In this document: positions 16,203 to 25,900 of the stretch, one piece after another
How positions within the stretch are numbered: position 1 is the first letter of the stretch
Layout: each line of letters begins with the position of its first letter
Source: a virus
Lineage: Duplodnaviria > Caudoviricetes
IMG/VR virus record: IMGVR_UViG_3300049792_000058
Span: 1-40,547 of that record
Length of the DNA: 40,547 nt
Strand: one strand, 5' to 3'
Translations under genes and position numbers: made by a program
The notes under the pieces: model-generated
What the model was told of the DNA's origin: nothing
Seen by the model: only the letters and a program-made list of their open reading frames with translations
Database searches by the model: none

Positions 16203-16874
16203 GGGGTAGATCTTCGCCAGCTGCCCCGCGGCCACCAGCGTAAAGGCTTGCCCGCGCACGGTGACCGGAAGGGTCGAGTGGCTGGCGTCGTAGAGCACCA
16301 TGTCCCCCGGCACGCACTGCGCCTGGAGCCACTGGCCCTCTTCCCAGCGCCCGGGGCCCACCTCCACCACTTCGCCATACGCGGCTGACAATCCGACATT
16401 GAAGCGGCTCGCTTCGTCATCGGTCTCCATCTCGGTAGTGGGCACCCATATCCTGGAGCCCACGCCGTTGGCGAGCTCGAGCGCGCGCGCTTCGTTCTGC
16501 TTGACCAGGATGTAGTGCTGGGCTGGCTTCACCTTGAAGGTCTCCGGGTCGAGCAGCGCGCAGATCATCGCGTTGCGTATCAGGTAGAGGTTCACGCCGC
16601 GCTCCGTCACGCGGTAGCTGATGCTGTTGTTGTTGCAGATGATCGTGTCACCCGGCTTGCACGCCATCGCGTTACGCTGCCCGTACTGCTCGGGAGCGAC
16701 GCCGGCCTGGGTCACGTCCCCGAAGAAAGCTTTATCCTGGTCCTGCCCGGCGAGCACATCCACCATCACGGGCGCCCAGATGGCGCTCCGCGCGCTGAAG
16801 GGCGCGCTCTTGCTCACGGCGGCCTTCTTGCACTCGATGAGGTCGGAACAGACCTTGCCCAGCGGTTGGCTCAT
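16119..16874 (-). CDS. Co-chaperonin GroES-like protein, probably two tandem domains (251 aa)
   Basis: C-half: KPAQHYILVK..GEVVEVGPG..PGDMVLY. N-half: GDVTQAG..KPGDTII..LYLIRNAMICALL. Coupled to the scaffold gene; its 3' end overlaps rusA. Confidence 0.75.
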   Translation of the reverse strand: MSQPLGKVCSDLIECKKAAVSKSAPFSARSAIWAPVMVDVLAGQDQDKAFFGDVTQAGVAPEQYGQRNAMACKPGDTIICNNNSISYRVTERGVNLYLIRNAMICALLDPETFKVKPAQHYILVKQNEARALELANGVGSRIWVPTTEMETDDEASRFNVGLSAAYGEVVEVGPGRWEEGQWLQAQCVPGDMVLYDASHSTLPVTVRGQAFTLVAAGQLAKIYPLAESLLERGDVDTWGFGPDLQGPDVRH

Positions 16875-18028
16875 ACGGCGGCCCTCTTCTTGTTCTTGAG
16901 AATGTCGTTCACGATGTCGTCCGTGCTTTCCTCATCGCGGTTGGCGGCGCCATTGTTTTGACTGTCGCGGCGGAGGAGCGGGGCGGGCGCGGTGCCCAGC
17001 CTCCGCTTGTTCCGGGCGGCGAGCTTCGCCGCCGCGGCGCTCACCTCCGGCGGCACGCGCTTGCCCTCCTTGGCGAGCAGCGGATGCTTGGCGAGCCGGC
17101 GCCGCTCGGCGGCGAGCACCCGGCGGCCTGCCTCCTCCGGCGTCATCGAGAGGCCCACCGGGGTCTTCGTCTTGATGAGCACCCGGTAGATGCGCTCGGC
17201 GAAGCGGGGGACCTTCGTCACCTCCCCCTTCACCGCGCCGCGGATGTGCTGTAGGTCGTTGGCGTACACCTGCTCGGTCGAGAGCTTCTGTTGCTCCTGG
17301 GCCTTCGTGGCCGTGGCCTCCTCCAGCTTCGCGCGTATCTCGGCGAGCTGCTGGGCCATCAACCGCTCGCCCGGCGTCCGGCGCTGCTTCTGGAGGATGA
17401 CCTTCTGGGCGTCATCGTAGGGGAGCTCGGTGACGCCCTCGATCATCTTGACCAGCATCGAGGGGTCGCCGTCGCGCTTGAACGCGAGCCGGGCCTGCTG
17501 GATCTCTTCGTACGGGCGGAGCTGCTCGATGGTGGAGCTGATCTGGCGCTGGGCCTGGGCGTACCACTGCTCATTGGCGACGGTCTGCTGGGTGACGGCC
17601 TGGCTCTTGCCCTCCATGGCGCGGCGTTGCCGGTCGTTGGCGGCGCGCCATTGTGTCCAGATTTTGGCGTTCGGCTGGACCTGCTCCGGCTTCAGCCCGA
17701 AGGCGAGCTTGAACGCTTTATCCAGGTCGCCTGCTTTGAGCGCGGCGCGGGCGGCCTTGAGCGCGGCGCCGTCGGGCGCGTCCGGCTCGGCCGCATCGTC
17801 ATCGTCATCCGGCTCGGCCGCGTCATCGTCCTCCGGATCTGCTTCCGCGTCCTCATCCGCGGCGGGCTCTGGCGGGTCGTCCCCGGCGGGCGCGTCGCCT
17901 GGCTCTGGCGGGTCCCCGTCGCCTCCCAGCAGGTCGTTGACGATATCATCGGTGCTCTCCCCAGCGGGGGCTCCGGCGGTCTCTGGTGCGCCGGCTGGCG
18001 CTGGCGCTGCTACATCATCCGGTGGCAT
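16871..18028 (-). CDS. Putative capsid scaffolding protein (385 aa)
   Basis: Follows the portal gene; acidic disordered N-terminus, helical core, basic C-terminus. Confidence 0.65.
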   Translation of the reverse strand: MPPDDVAAPAPAGAPETAGAPAGESTDDIVNDLLGGDGDPPEPGDAPAGDDPPEPAADEDAEADPEDDDAAEPDDDDDAAEPDAPDGAALKAARAALKAGDLDKAFKLAFGLKPEQVQPNAKIWTQWRAANDRQRRAMEGKSQAVTQQTVANEQWYAQAQRQISSTIEQLRPYEEIQQARLAFKRDGDPSMLVKMIEGVTELPYDDAQKVILQKQRRTPGERLMAQQLAEIRAKLEEATATKAQEQQKLSTEQVYANDLQHIRGAVKGEVTKVPRFAERIYRVLIKTKTPVGLSMTPEEAGRRVLAAERRRLAKHPLLAKEGKRVPPEVSAAAAKLAARNKRRLGTAPAPLLRRDSQNNGAANRDEESTDDIVNDILKNKKRAAV

Positions 18029-18040
18029 CAGTTCCCTTGG

Positions 18041-20044
18041 TTAGGCCGCCATCGCGGCGGTGGGCAGTGGCGCGGAGCTCGGCGCGGCGGGTGCTCCGGG
18101 CGCCGCCACGGCCTGGGCCGCGGCCGCCATCTTGGCCCGTTCATTCTGGTTGGCCGTGAGCTGGCTCATGTAGGTCTTGAAGAACGCCAGGCGCTGGGCG
18201 GTCTCCTTGTCGTCCCGGTCCTCCACCATGTCCATGCGGGCCTGGAGGTAGGCGGCGCCGACCTTGAGTGTCATCGATAGATCGCGGTCCATCCAAATCT
18301 CGGGCGCGATGGTGCGGGCCTTCGCCTTGTCGATATCGGCAAACAGCCAGTTGTCGATCTGCTTCTCGATGAACTGCTCCTCCACCTGGCTGAGCTCGCT
18401 CCCGGTAGCGCCAAAGGTATTGAAGTCCTGCAGGATGCTGGCGTAGGCCTCACCGGTGATGATGCCCACCTTCATGAGGTCTTCGGCCAGCGCGACCCGA
18501 TCGGCGGGGGTGTTGGCCGTGCCGCTCACGGCCTGAGGCGCGGTGCGATAGATCTGGTTCTCCAGGATGTCGAACACATCCGCGTTGATCTCCTGGAGCC
18601 AGCCGCCCTCCTTGCCGCCCTTCCAGACGGAGGTGAAGCCACCCGCCTTCTGCAGCTCTTGCGCGCACCGCATGATTTGCTTGGCGGTCTCTGGCCCAGA
18701 GCAGCGCGTGAACTCATCCTCGAAGGGCGCGAAGATCTCGTAGACCTCCTCCTTGATGAGCCGGATGGCGACGCCCGATAACCCCTTGCCGAGGTTCATG
18801 GTGGCTTGCGCCTCGTTCATCCCGGTGAGGTCATAGGCCGCGTCCTTGTGGAGCTTCAGTAGCTCGAGCACCATGGGTGCCACGGGGTCGAGCGGCTGAT
18901 ACTTCGGCGCGCTCCCCATCGGTCCCGTGTGCGGGATGGCGATGATGTCCTTCACCGTGGCCATCAGCGCGGGGTCGGTCACGGTCGGGTCATAAAACAC
19001 GACACCCTTGGGGGTGAGGCGCTCGGCCGTGTCCACGCTGTTCAAGATTTCGTTGTAGCGGCGGATCGCATTCACGCTCCGCTCCAGGATTGTGCGGCCC
19101 CACTTGCCTGCCAATTGCGGCATGGGGCAGAAGCGCACACACGGGGGGTAATCGTAGTCGTAGGACTTACGCTCCAGCGTGAGGCCGGGGATGCACGCCA
19201 TCTGGACCCCGGGGTATCCGCCGTTGTCCTCATCGCCGTCGCCCTGCTGCATGCGCCAGGCCTGGATGAGCGGGACCCGGAGCGTGCCCGTGTCGGTCTC
19301 CGCCTGGTCGTTCTCGCTGTAGAGCTCACGCCAGCGCGTGGTCGACTCGCTCGACTGAGCTTGCGCCAGGATGGCCTCCCGGTGCTTGGGAAAGCGCGCC
19401 GCGAGTTTCAGCGGATCCCAGTAGGTAATCCGCCAGATGCTGGAGTATCCGTCATACGGGAGCCCGGTCGTCTCCACGCCTACATTGAGCGTGTCGTCCA
19501 GTTCGGCGACAATCTTCCCCTGGTCGGGGTCACTCCAGAAGAACACCATGCACGCGGTCGTGGCCACGCTGGCGAGCCGCGCACCCTGGCGCCAGAGCTC
19601 CCACATATCCTTGAACATCCCCTGCGGCTCGCTCATCTGCCCCTCGATGAAGCGGCCTGCTTTGATGCCGGCGCTCTTGACCTTCCAGCCCCCTTCGCTC
19701 ATCACGAATTGAGTCTTGGTGCGCTCGAGCGCGAAGATCTTGGCATCGATGGCGTCCATGATGCGGGCGCCAATGTTGTGGGTCTGGCGATACTCCCCGG
19801 TGATGTTGTCGTCCTTGTCCCGGTCCACGAACATCAGGGGCTCGGCGCTATCGTAGCTCTCCGCATCGAAGCTCCCGAGATCGCTGCCCTCGTAGATGCT
19901 GAGCAGCTCACACGCTTTGGCTTTACGCCGGGAGAAGCCATCGCGGCCCTTCATCGCCAGCGCGCAGAGCGCGGCGCCCGCGAGCGCCTCATCCTCGATT
20001 TCGTACCAGAGGTCCAGTTTCGCAGCCATCCCGCTGGCCAGCAT
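18041..20044 (-). CDS. Putative portal protein (about 665 aa)
   Basis: Size, adjacency to TerL and scaffold, and portal-like segments (WGRTILE..IRRYNEI; AYDLTGMNEAQA..GLSGVAIR). The start may be ATG 20029. Confidence 0.75.
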   Translation of the reverse strand: MLASGMAAKLDLWYEIEDEALAGAALCALAMKGRDGFSRRKAKACELLSIYEGSDLGSFDAESYDSAEPLMFVDRDKDDNITGEYRQTHNIGARIMDAIDAKIFALERTKTQFVMSEGGWKVKSAGIKAGRFIEGQMSEPQGMFKDMWELWRQGARLASVATTACMVFFWSDPDQGKIVAELDDTLNVGVETTGLPYDGYSSIWRITYWDPLKLAARFPKHREAILAQAQSSESTTRWRELYSENDQAETDTGTLRVPLIQAWRMQQGDGDEDNGGYPGVQMACIPGLTLERKSYDYDYPPCVRFCPMPQLAGKWGRTILERSVNAIRRYNEILNSVDTAERLTPKGVVFYDPTVTDPALMATVKDIIAIPHTGPMGSAPKYQPLDPVAPMVLELLKLHKDAAYDLTGMNEAQATMNLGKGLSGVAIRLIKEEVYEIFAPFEDEFTRCSGPETAKQIMRCAQELQKAGGFTSVWKGGKEGGWLQEINADVFDILENQIYRTAPQAVSGTANTPADRVALAEDLMKVGIITGEAYASILQDFNTFGATGSELSQVEEQFIEKQIDNWLFADIDKAKARTIAPEIWMDRDLSMTLKVGAAYLQARMDMVEDRDDKETAQRLAFFKTYMSQLTANQNERAKMAAAAQAVAAPGAPAAPSSAPLPTAAMAA

Positions 20045-20085
20045 GCATCACCGGAGGTTATGGTTCAAGGGCCAGCCATAGCCTG

Positions 20086-21693
20086 ATGATATACGAACCG
20101 GACCCGCGCGCCCTCGAGCGAGCGCTAGAGGCTCGGTATGTAGCGGACGATCCGGAGAGCCCCTGGTGGCGCATCCTGGCGGACCTGCATCCGAAGCAGC
20201 GCGCCGTGCTCGAGGACCCGGCTTACGAAAAATGCCTGGAGAAGGGGCGGCGCGCGGGCGGCTCCTGGGTGGTGGCGGCCTGGCTGCTCGAGGAGTGGCA
20301 CCGCTGGCCCGGGCACACGAGCATGTTCGTGGCGCTCACGAAGGAGCACGCCAAGAGCATCCTCTGGCCGACGCTCCTGCAGATGGACGCCAAGTATTCA
20401 CTCGGCATCCACTTCAATGGGCTCGATCTGTCGGCCACCCTCCCCAACGGCTACAAGATCATCCTACGGGCCGCGAAGGACCGGGCCCAGGTGGAGAAGC
20501 TGCGCGGGATAGCGGGCGGTCTCCGGCGCGCGTGCGTGGATGAGGCGGGCAGCTTCGGCCGGCACGACGAGCAATTCCGCTACCTGCTCGAGAGCGTCAT
20601 CAGCCCCCAGTTCATGGACACGGAGCACCTGGGCGGGGGCCAGCTCATCCTGTGCGGGAGCCCCGGCATGGATCCGATGGGCTTCTACTATGAGCGCTGT
20701 AGCGGGCTCAACCACCTGGGCGACCCGGTGCTCAAGTGGAGCACGCACCACTGGACCGCGCTCGATAACCCGCATCTGGACGCCCGGGCGTACCTGCTCC
20801 GGAAGCTGCCCGGGCACATCACGGACGAGACGCCAGCCGCCGAGATGCTGGCCGAGATTGTAGCCCTCCACGAGGTGCCGCTCACCGACGCGCGCTGGGC
20901 CCATACCCTCAGCCGCCTATCGGCCTCCTTCCGCCGCGAGTACCTGGCCGACTGGGTGAAGGACGTCGACGCGCTGGTCTACGTGCCGACGGAGCGGAAT
21001 CTGTTGCCGGTCGGATACACCCTGCCGACGGATCGCGCCTGGCGCATCGTCATCGGGTGTGACGTGGGTTGGGGGGACGGTAACGGCTTCTGCGTGGCGG
21101 CCAAGTGCCTGCAGAGCCGGGACATCATCGTGCTCCGTGCCTACTACCTCCCCGAGATGGACGACTCCCAGATAGCGGACGAACTCAAGCAGCTCCGCAC
21201 CGACTGGCGCGCGAGCGAGATCTATGTCGACTGCGGCGGCGAAGGCGACCGGCTCATCGCCAACCTGGAAAACCACGGGGTATTGGCCCAGGCCGCGGGC
21301 AAGGGGCGGAAGAAACCGCGCATCGAGTACGTCCGGGCGCTGCTCAAGATCGGCGCGCTCAAGCTCCGCCCCGAGCACTGCGCGGCTGTATTGAGCGAGT
21401 GGTCGAGCCTGCCCTGGAGTGAGGACAAGCAGCTCCACCGCGAAGGCTTCGTGGATGACGTGGCGGACGCGCTGCTCATGGCGGTCAACCCGCTCAGCCA
21501 GCGGTTCCTACCCGCCGCGCCCGCCCGCCCGAAGCCGGGAGACCCCGGCTTTGAGCGGCACCAGGAGGAGCTGGAGAAGGCGGCGACGCTCCGGCAAGGG
21601 CGCCGCATCGTGCGGCGCCGTACCCGGTCGCTGGTGTCACTCCCCGTCTGGAGCGATGTCCCGCTCGAGGAGGACCTCCCGCTGGCCGCCTGA
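20086..21693 (+). CDS. terL: Terminase large subunit (535 aa)
   Basis: LHPKQ adenine motif, variant Walker A GRRAGGS, LRG, Walker B ACVDEA, GSP, FRREYLA, nuclease IGCDVG and DDVADAL. Confidence 0.9.
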   Translation: MIYEPDPRALERALEARYVADDPESPWWRILADLHPKQRAVLEDPAYEKCLEKGRRAGGSWVVAAWLLEEWHRWPGHTSMFVALTKEHAKSILWPTLLQMDAKYSLGIHFNGLDLSATLPNGYKIILRAAKDRAQVEKLRGIAGGLRRACVDEAGSFGRHDEQFRYLLESVISPQFMDTEHLGGGQLILCGSPGMDPMGFYYERCSGLNHLGDPVLKWSTHHWTALDNPHLDARAYLLRKLPGHITDETPAAEMLAEIVALHEVPLTDARWAHTLSRLSASFRREYLADWVKDVDALVYVPTERNLLPVGYTLPTDRAWRIVIGCDVGWGDGNGFCVAAKCLQSRDIIVLRAYYLPEMDDSQIADELKQLRTDWRASEIYVDCGGEGDRLIANLENHGVLAQAAGKGRKKPRIEYVRALLKIGALKLRPEHCAAVLSEWSSLPWSEDKQLHREGFVDDVADALLMAVNPLSQRFLPAAPARPKPGDPGFERHQEELEKAATLRQGRRIVRRRTRSLVSLPVWSDVPLEEDLPLAA

Positions 21694-21900
21694 TGGGGCG
21701 GCTTCGGCGGCTTCACTCTCCGCGGCCTTCTCCAGCCCTTCATCGAGCTCCGCCCGGGCCTGGTCCAAGATCGACTGCTCGAGCAGCTGGAGCGCGTCGG
21801 CGTCCCCGATCTCGCGTGCGCGGTCCCGGAGGCGGTAGAGCTCTCCGGTGTCGTGGGTCTTCGCCAGGGCCCTAGCCGATGGTAGGCGCCGGCTGGCCAT
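21637..21900 (-). CDS. Hypothetical protein (87 aa)
   Basis: Coupled by TGATG; last gene of the long minus-strand operon, converging on terL. Confidence 0.55.
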   Translation of the reverse strand: MASRRLPSARALAKTHDTGELYRLRDRAREIGDADALQLLEQSILDQARAELDEGLEKAAESEAAEAAPSGGQREVLLERDIAPDGE

Positions 21901-22004
21901 CAGTAGCCCTTGGCGGCCTTCGGCTTGCCCTTCTTGGCGGGCTCCTTGGTGGCGCCCTTCGTGGTCTTCTTGGTGTCGGTCTTCGGCTTCTGCTTGGTGC
22001 TCAT
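21900..22004 (-). CDS. 34-aa Lys-rich basic peptide
   Basis: MSTKQKPKTDTKKTTKGATKEPAKKGKPKAAKGY; AGGAG upstream; stop overlaps the next ATG. Confidence 0.55.
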   Translation of the reverse strand: MSTKQKPKTDTKKTTKGATKEPAKKGKPKAAKGY

Positions 22005-22011
22005 TGGTTTT

Positions 22012-22620
22012 CTAGGCTCCTGTTTTGCGCCGTTGTCCTGCTTCGGCGTTGAGGTTCTTGACGACCAGATCGATGCCGCGCACCGCGCCCTTCGTCTCTT
22101 CGTAGTCCTCCGCCACCACCTCGAGCTCATCGAGCGAGCGGCGGAGGCCATTGACCTGCTCGAGCATCTGGGCTTGCGAGTCCTGGACCTTGCCGAGCTT
22201 CACGTCCAGCTCACGCACCATGCGGTGGAAGTCCGGTTGCGACGCCTTGAGCTTGTCGAACACGGCCGCGCTCTTTTCCGCGCGCTCCGTGAACCCGACC
22301 GCTTGGCGTAGGGCAATGTTCACCTCTGCCACCCCGTTGCGCATCTGGTGGAGCCCGTCCTCCACGGCGCCGCGGATGGTGGTCACCTCCTGGTGCAGCT
22401 GCCCCCACTTGTCCTCGAGCGCGCCGATCTTGCGGTCCTGCTGGACGATCTGCGCCTGGTGCTCCCGGCGGATCGCGGTGAGCTTCTCCTCGGTCTCGAT
22501 CTGGAAGCGCGCGATGAGCTCCGGCACGGAGACGTCCGGCGCCGGGTCCTGCACCTTGCCCAGGATGGTCGCTGGCGAGATGTCCGCCAGCCTGTTCTTG
22601 GTGCTGCTCGGGGACGCCAT
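22012..22620 (-). CDS. Coiled-coil protein (202 aa)
   Basis: ATG 22620 coupled by TGATG; long heptad pattern. Confidence 0.7.
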   Translation of the reverse strand: MASPSSTKNRLADISPATILGKVQDPAPDVSVPELIARFQIETEEKLTAIRREHQAQIVQQDRKIGALEDKWGQLHQEVTTIRGAVEDGLHQMRNGVAEVNIALRQAVGFTERAEKSAAVFDKLKASQPDFHRMVRELDVKLGKVQDSQAQMLEQVNGLRRSLDELEVVAEDYEETKGAVRGIDLVVKNLNAEAGQRRKTGA

Positions 22621-22958
22621 CAGGGGTTGAGCACCGTGGAGCCGTCCACCCACCACTGGGCAAACACCGCCGTGAGCGTGTCGTCGGTCGCGGCGGCGAT
22701 GCTCTTCCAGGCGCCGGGGATCGTGGTGTAGAGCCCCGTGGCGGAGCCCGGGATGGGGAAGCTGATCGAGTGGCCGCCGTGGTCGACCAGCACCAGGTTC
22801 AAGATGCCCGCCGTCGAATTGTAGGCCATCACGTTCTGAGGCGAACAATTGGGGTAGGTCGACTGCGCCCGAAGATCGATGGCCGCGGTGAAGGTCGAAA
22901 ACTTCGCCGTGAGCGGCGGCTCGTTATAACTCGCTGGGAGGTGCTCGGTGCTGGCCAT
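22620..22958 (-). CDS. Hypothetical, possibly virion, protein (112 aa)
   Basis: Coupled to the largest ejection gene; β-rich. Confidence 0.65.
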   Translation of the reverse strand: MASTEHLPASYNEPPLTAKFSTFTAAIDLRAQSTYPNCSPQNVMAYNSTAGILNLVLVDHGGHSISFPIPGSATGLYTTIPGAWKSIAAATDDTLTAVFAQWWVDGSTVLNP

Positions 22959-25900
22959 TAGGCGTTTGCTCCTGCTTGAAGGGCGGCGAGACGGGTACGG
23001 AAACCACTGGCCACGGTCCCGGACTGTGCACCGGTTCCGACGCTCTGGGAAGCGCTTTGCGCTTTGCTGCTCTGCTGGTCCTGGGCGGCGAGCATCTGTT
23101 GGCCCACTTCCACGCTCGCGCTCGGGTCGAGTTGCCCGTTCATGCCCAGCAAGGAATCGAGCCTCCGGAGCCGCTCACTGTCCATGCCGCGGCCGGCTTC
23201 GTACATCCGTTGCACCTGCCCCAGCATCTCCGCGCGTAGCGGCTCCCAGAGCTCTCCCCAGTTCTGCTGAAACGCCAGCACCTCTTCGGGCGGCGCGTTC
23301 GATCCGGCGATGTCCCGCATCGCTTGCGCCGGCATGGTGGAGCCGACGAAGCGGTAAGCAAAGTCGAGCGAGCGGTCCGCGCTCGGCGGCATGCCCTCCG
23401 GGTCGAGCAGGGTCTTGCCCACCCGCGGCGGGACGTTCTGCTGGAGGTAGCTCACCAGCTGGTTGGCCTTGCCCACGAGGGCCATGTAGACGCTCGGGTG
23501 CGTCTGGCTGAGCGCGCCGGTGGACCCCGCCAGCCGCTCGATGAGCGCCTCCGGATCGCTACCGAGCTCGGCGATGGTGTCGCGCGCCTGGTCGACCGCG
23601 TCGTCCAGCGAGCGCTTGCCCGTGAACAAGGTGAGCGGGTCCTTCGTCTTCGGGGGATTGCGCCGGAGCGCATCACTCGCGCGCTGGCGGACGAGAGCGT
23701 CCCCGCCGGCCGCGATGCCCTTCATGGCCTCGCGGTAGCGCACGTCCGGGCTCTGGCTCTCCGGGGTGGGTCGCTCGGGTGGCGGTGGCTCCGGCGGCAT
23801 ATCGGCTGCGCTGGCCTGGCCTTCGGCGGGGCTTGTCGCCTGCTCCAGATCCAGAACAGGAGTCCCATCTTCCAGCTCACCGCGGCCGAGTATCTTGAAC
23901 CGTTTCTCCGGCGGAATCAGGACTTCCATCTCACCCAAGCCGCCGAAATGGGATACATCGGCGCCCTTGTCGAGCGTGTTTATCCTCAGCATCACCGGCG
24001 AGCCGGCTCGGTACTTGTCGGCAAATGACCTGGCCACGCCGTGGCGATACGACGCGCTCTCAACGCCGCTTGTCGTGTATTCGCCTGCGGCCGCAAGCTT
24101 GTCGATCTCCGCCGGAGACATCCGGAGCCCGCGATAGAGCGGCCCATGAGCAGTGGGGTTGTCGATGGCCAATCGCTCGACTGCCTTGAGCAGATGTGGG
24201 TCGAGCTTCGTCGTGGTGGCGTTTTTTAGCACCCATTTCGAGACGGCATCCGACTCCGCTTCAGGCAGCGCCTTCGCGGCGGTCGTGCCCGCTTTGCGTA
24301 GTGCCTTATACCAAGGAGCCGCGATCGAAGGGTCGGACTGCAAACTCACCTTGCCCATGAGCCCCTTGCCCCCGAGCGCCAGCGCGAGCCCACCCGCGGC
24401 GGCGCCGAGCGCGCCAGCGTTGCCGCCATCATCGCCCTCCCCGTCCGCTTGCGCGGCGCCGGCGGCAAACAGGCCAGCGCCAGCCACCTTGTTGCCGTGG
24501 TCGCTCACGGCTTGCTTGACGGCGCCGCCGAGGCCCCCGCCCGGGCCACGCGGCGCGATGGGCGCGCCCCGCTCCCGGAGCGCGTCCTGAATCCAGTCGG
24601 CATAGTTGGCCGAATACGACGGGTCCCCCCAGGCTTCGTGCCGGGCGAAGCGCTTGTAGGCCTGGTCCCATACGTCCGCGAGCGGCGTGCCCTTTTCGAG
24701 ATGCGTGCTCTCCATCACCTTGCCGAGCGTGCGCACCGCGCCGAAGGCTTGCCCGACCACCGGCGTCCGCTCGGCCAGGTTGGCAATGGCAGATGCCCAT
24801 TGCTTCGGATCGCGCTTCATGGCCGCCACCCGGTTCTTGGCGACCCCGACGGTGGAGGCCAGGTTCCACTCCTCCTTGAAGTTCCGGATATCCTCGAGCA
24901 TCGATTCCAGGCCATCCTTGCCCGTGATGCCGTGCGCCTGGCGCGCCTCGATGAGCCCTTGCATGTTGTCGAGCGCGCCGTCGATATGGGCGCCGAGCTC
25001 GCGCACCATGCGGGGGTCCTCCCCGTAGACGGCCATCAGCCGCTTTGCCGTGCTCTCCTTGGTGATGCGGCCCGCGCTCGCGTCGTCGTATTTGATGTGC
25101 CCGGTCGCTTCCAGGAGCTTGTTCTGAAACGCGCTCCAGTGCTCGAGCAGCCCCGCCCAGGGGCGATTGAGGGACTTCTGTAGGACGGCGTTAGAGCCGA
25201 AGAGCTTCGGATTCTCCAGGCCCTTTCGGATCTCGCCCTCTTTACCGAAGAGCGGGCGGAGGATGGACTTCAGCTCTTCGCGCGTCGTCGCGTCCGTGTT
25301 GAAGCTCGCATCGATCTTCATCATGTTCTTGTCCATCCGCTGCTTGAAGGCGTTCAGCAGGATGTTGCGCTCGCCACCGTCGGGCTCCTTCATGATGCGG
25401 TGGGTGAAGCTCTCGATGTCGGCGGCGGCTTGCTTGCCCAGGTTGCCGAAATCGAGCGCGTCCGGGTTGCCGCGCGTGAACTCCCGAATGCTGGTCGTCA
25501 CCGCCTCCCCCTGGTCGGCGATATCTGTCAGCCACTTGGATTGCGCCTCCAGCACTTTGGGGGTCCAGGCATCGGCGCCGATCTTCATGTCGGCATAGCG
25601 CAAGTTATTGCCGAGACTTTCGCTCAGGCCATTGTTCAGGCGCGTCACGGCGTCGGCCGAGTGCATCGAGATGAGTGGCAGCGTGTCCTCCGCGTCGCGC
25701 GCCAACACGGCCGCGTCCCGCGGGCTCATGGTGCGGATGGCCGCATCGAAGGGCTCGTCCATCTCGGCGGCGCTCGCGGCACCCACGCTCTGGGCGACGC
25801 GGCGCCCGCTGCTCAGGCCGCCCTTATCGAGCTGCCCCTGGGCCTCGGCCACGATGTTGCGCTCGGCCACTCCCGCAGCACCAGCCGCGCCCTTCTCGGG

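Noticed and set aside
20081-21695. GCCTGATG direct repeat bracketing terL as a target-site duplication or inversion site
   Set aside because: Only 8 bp, built on the common TGATG stop/start string, and direct rather than inverted; chance is a sufficient explanation.
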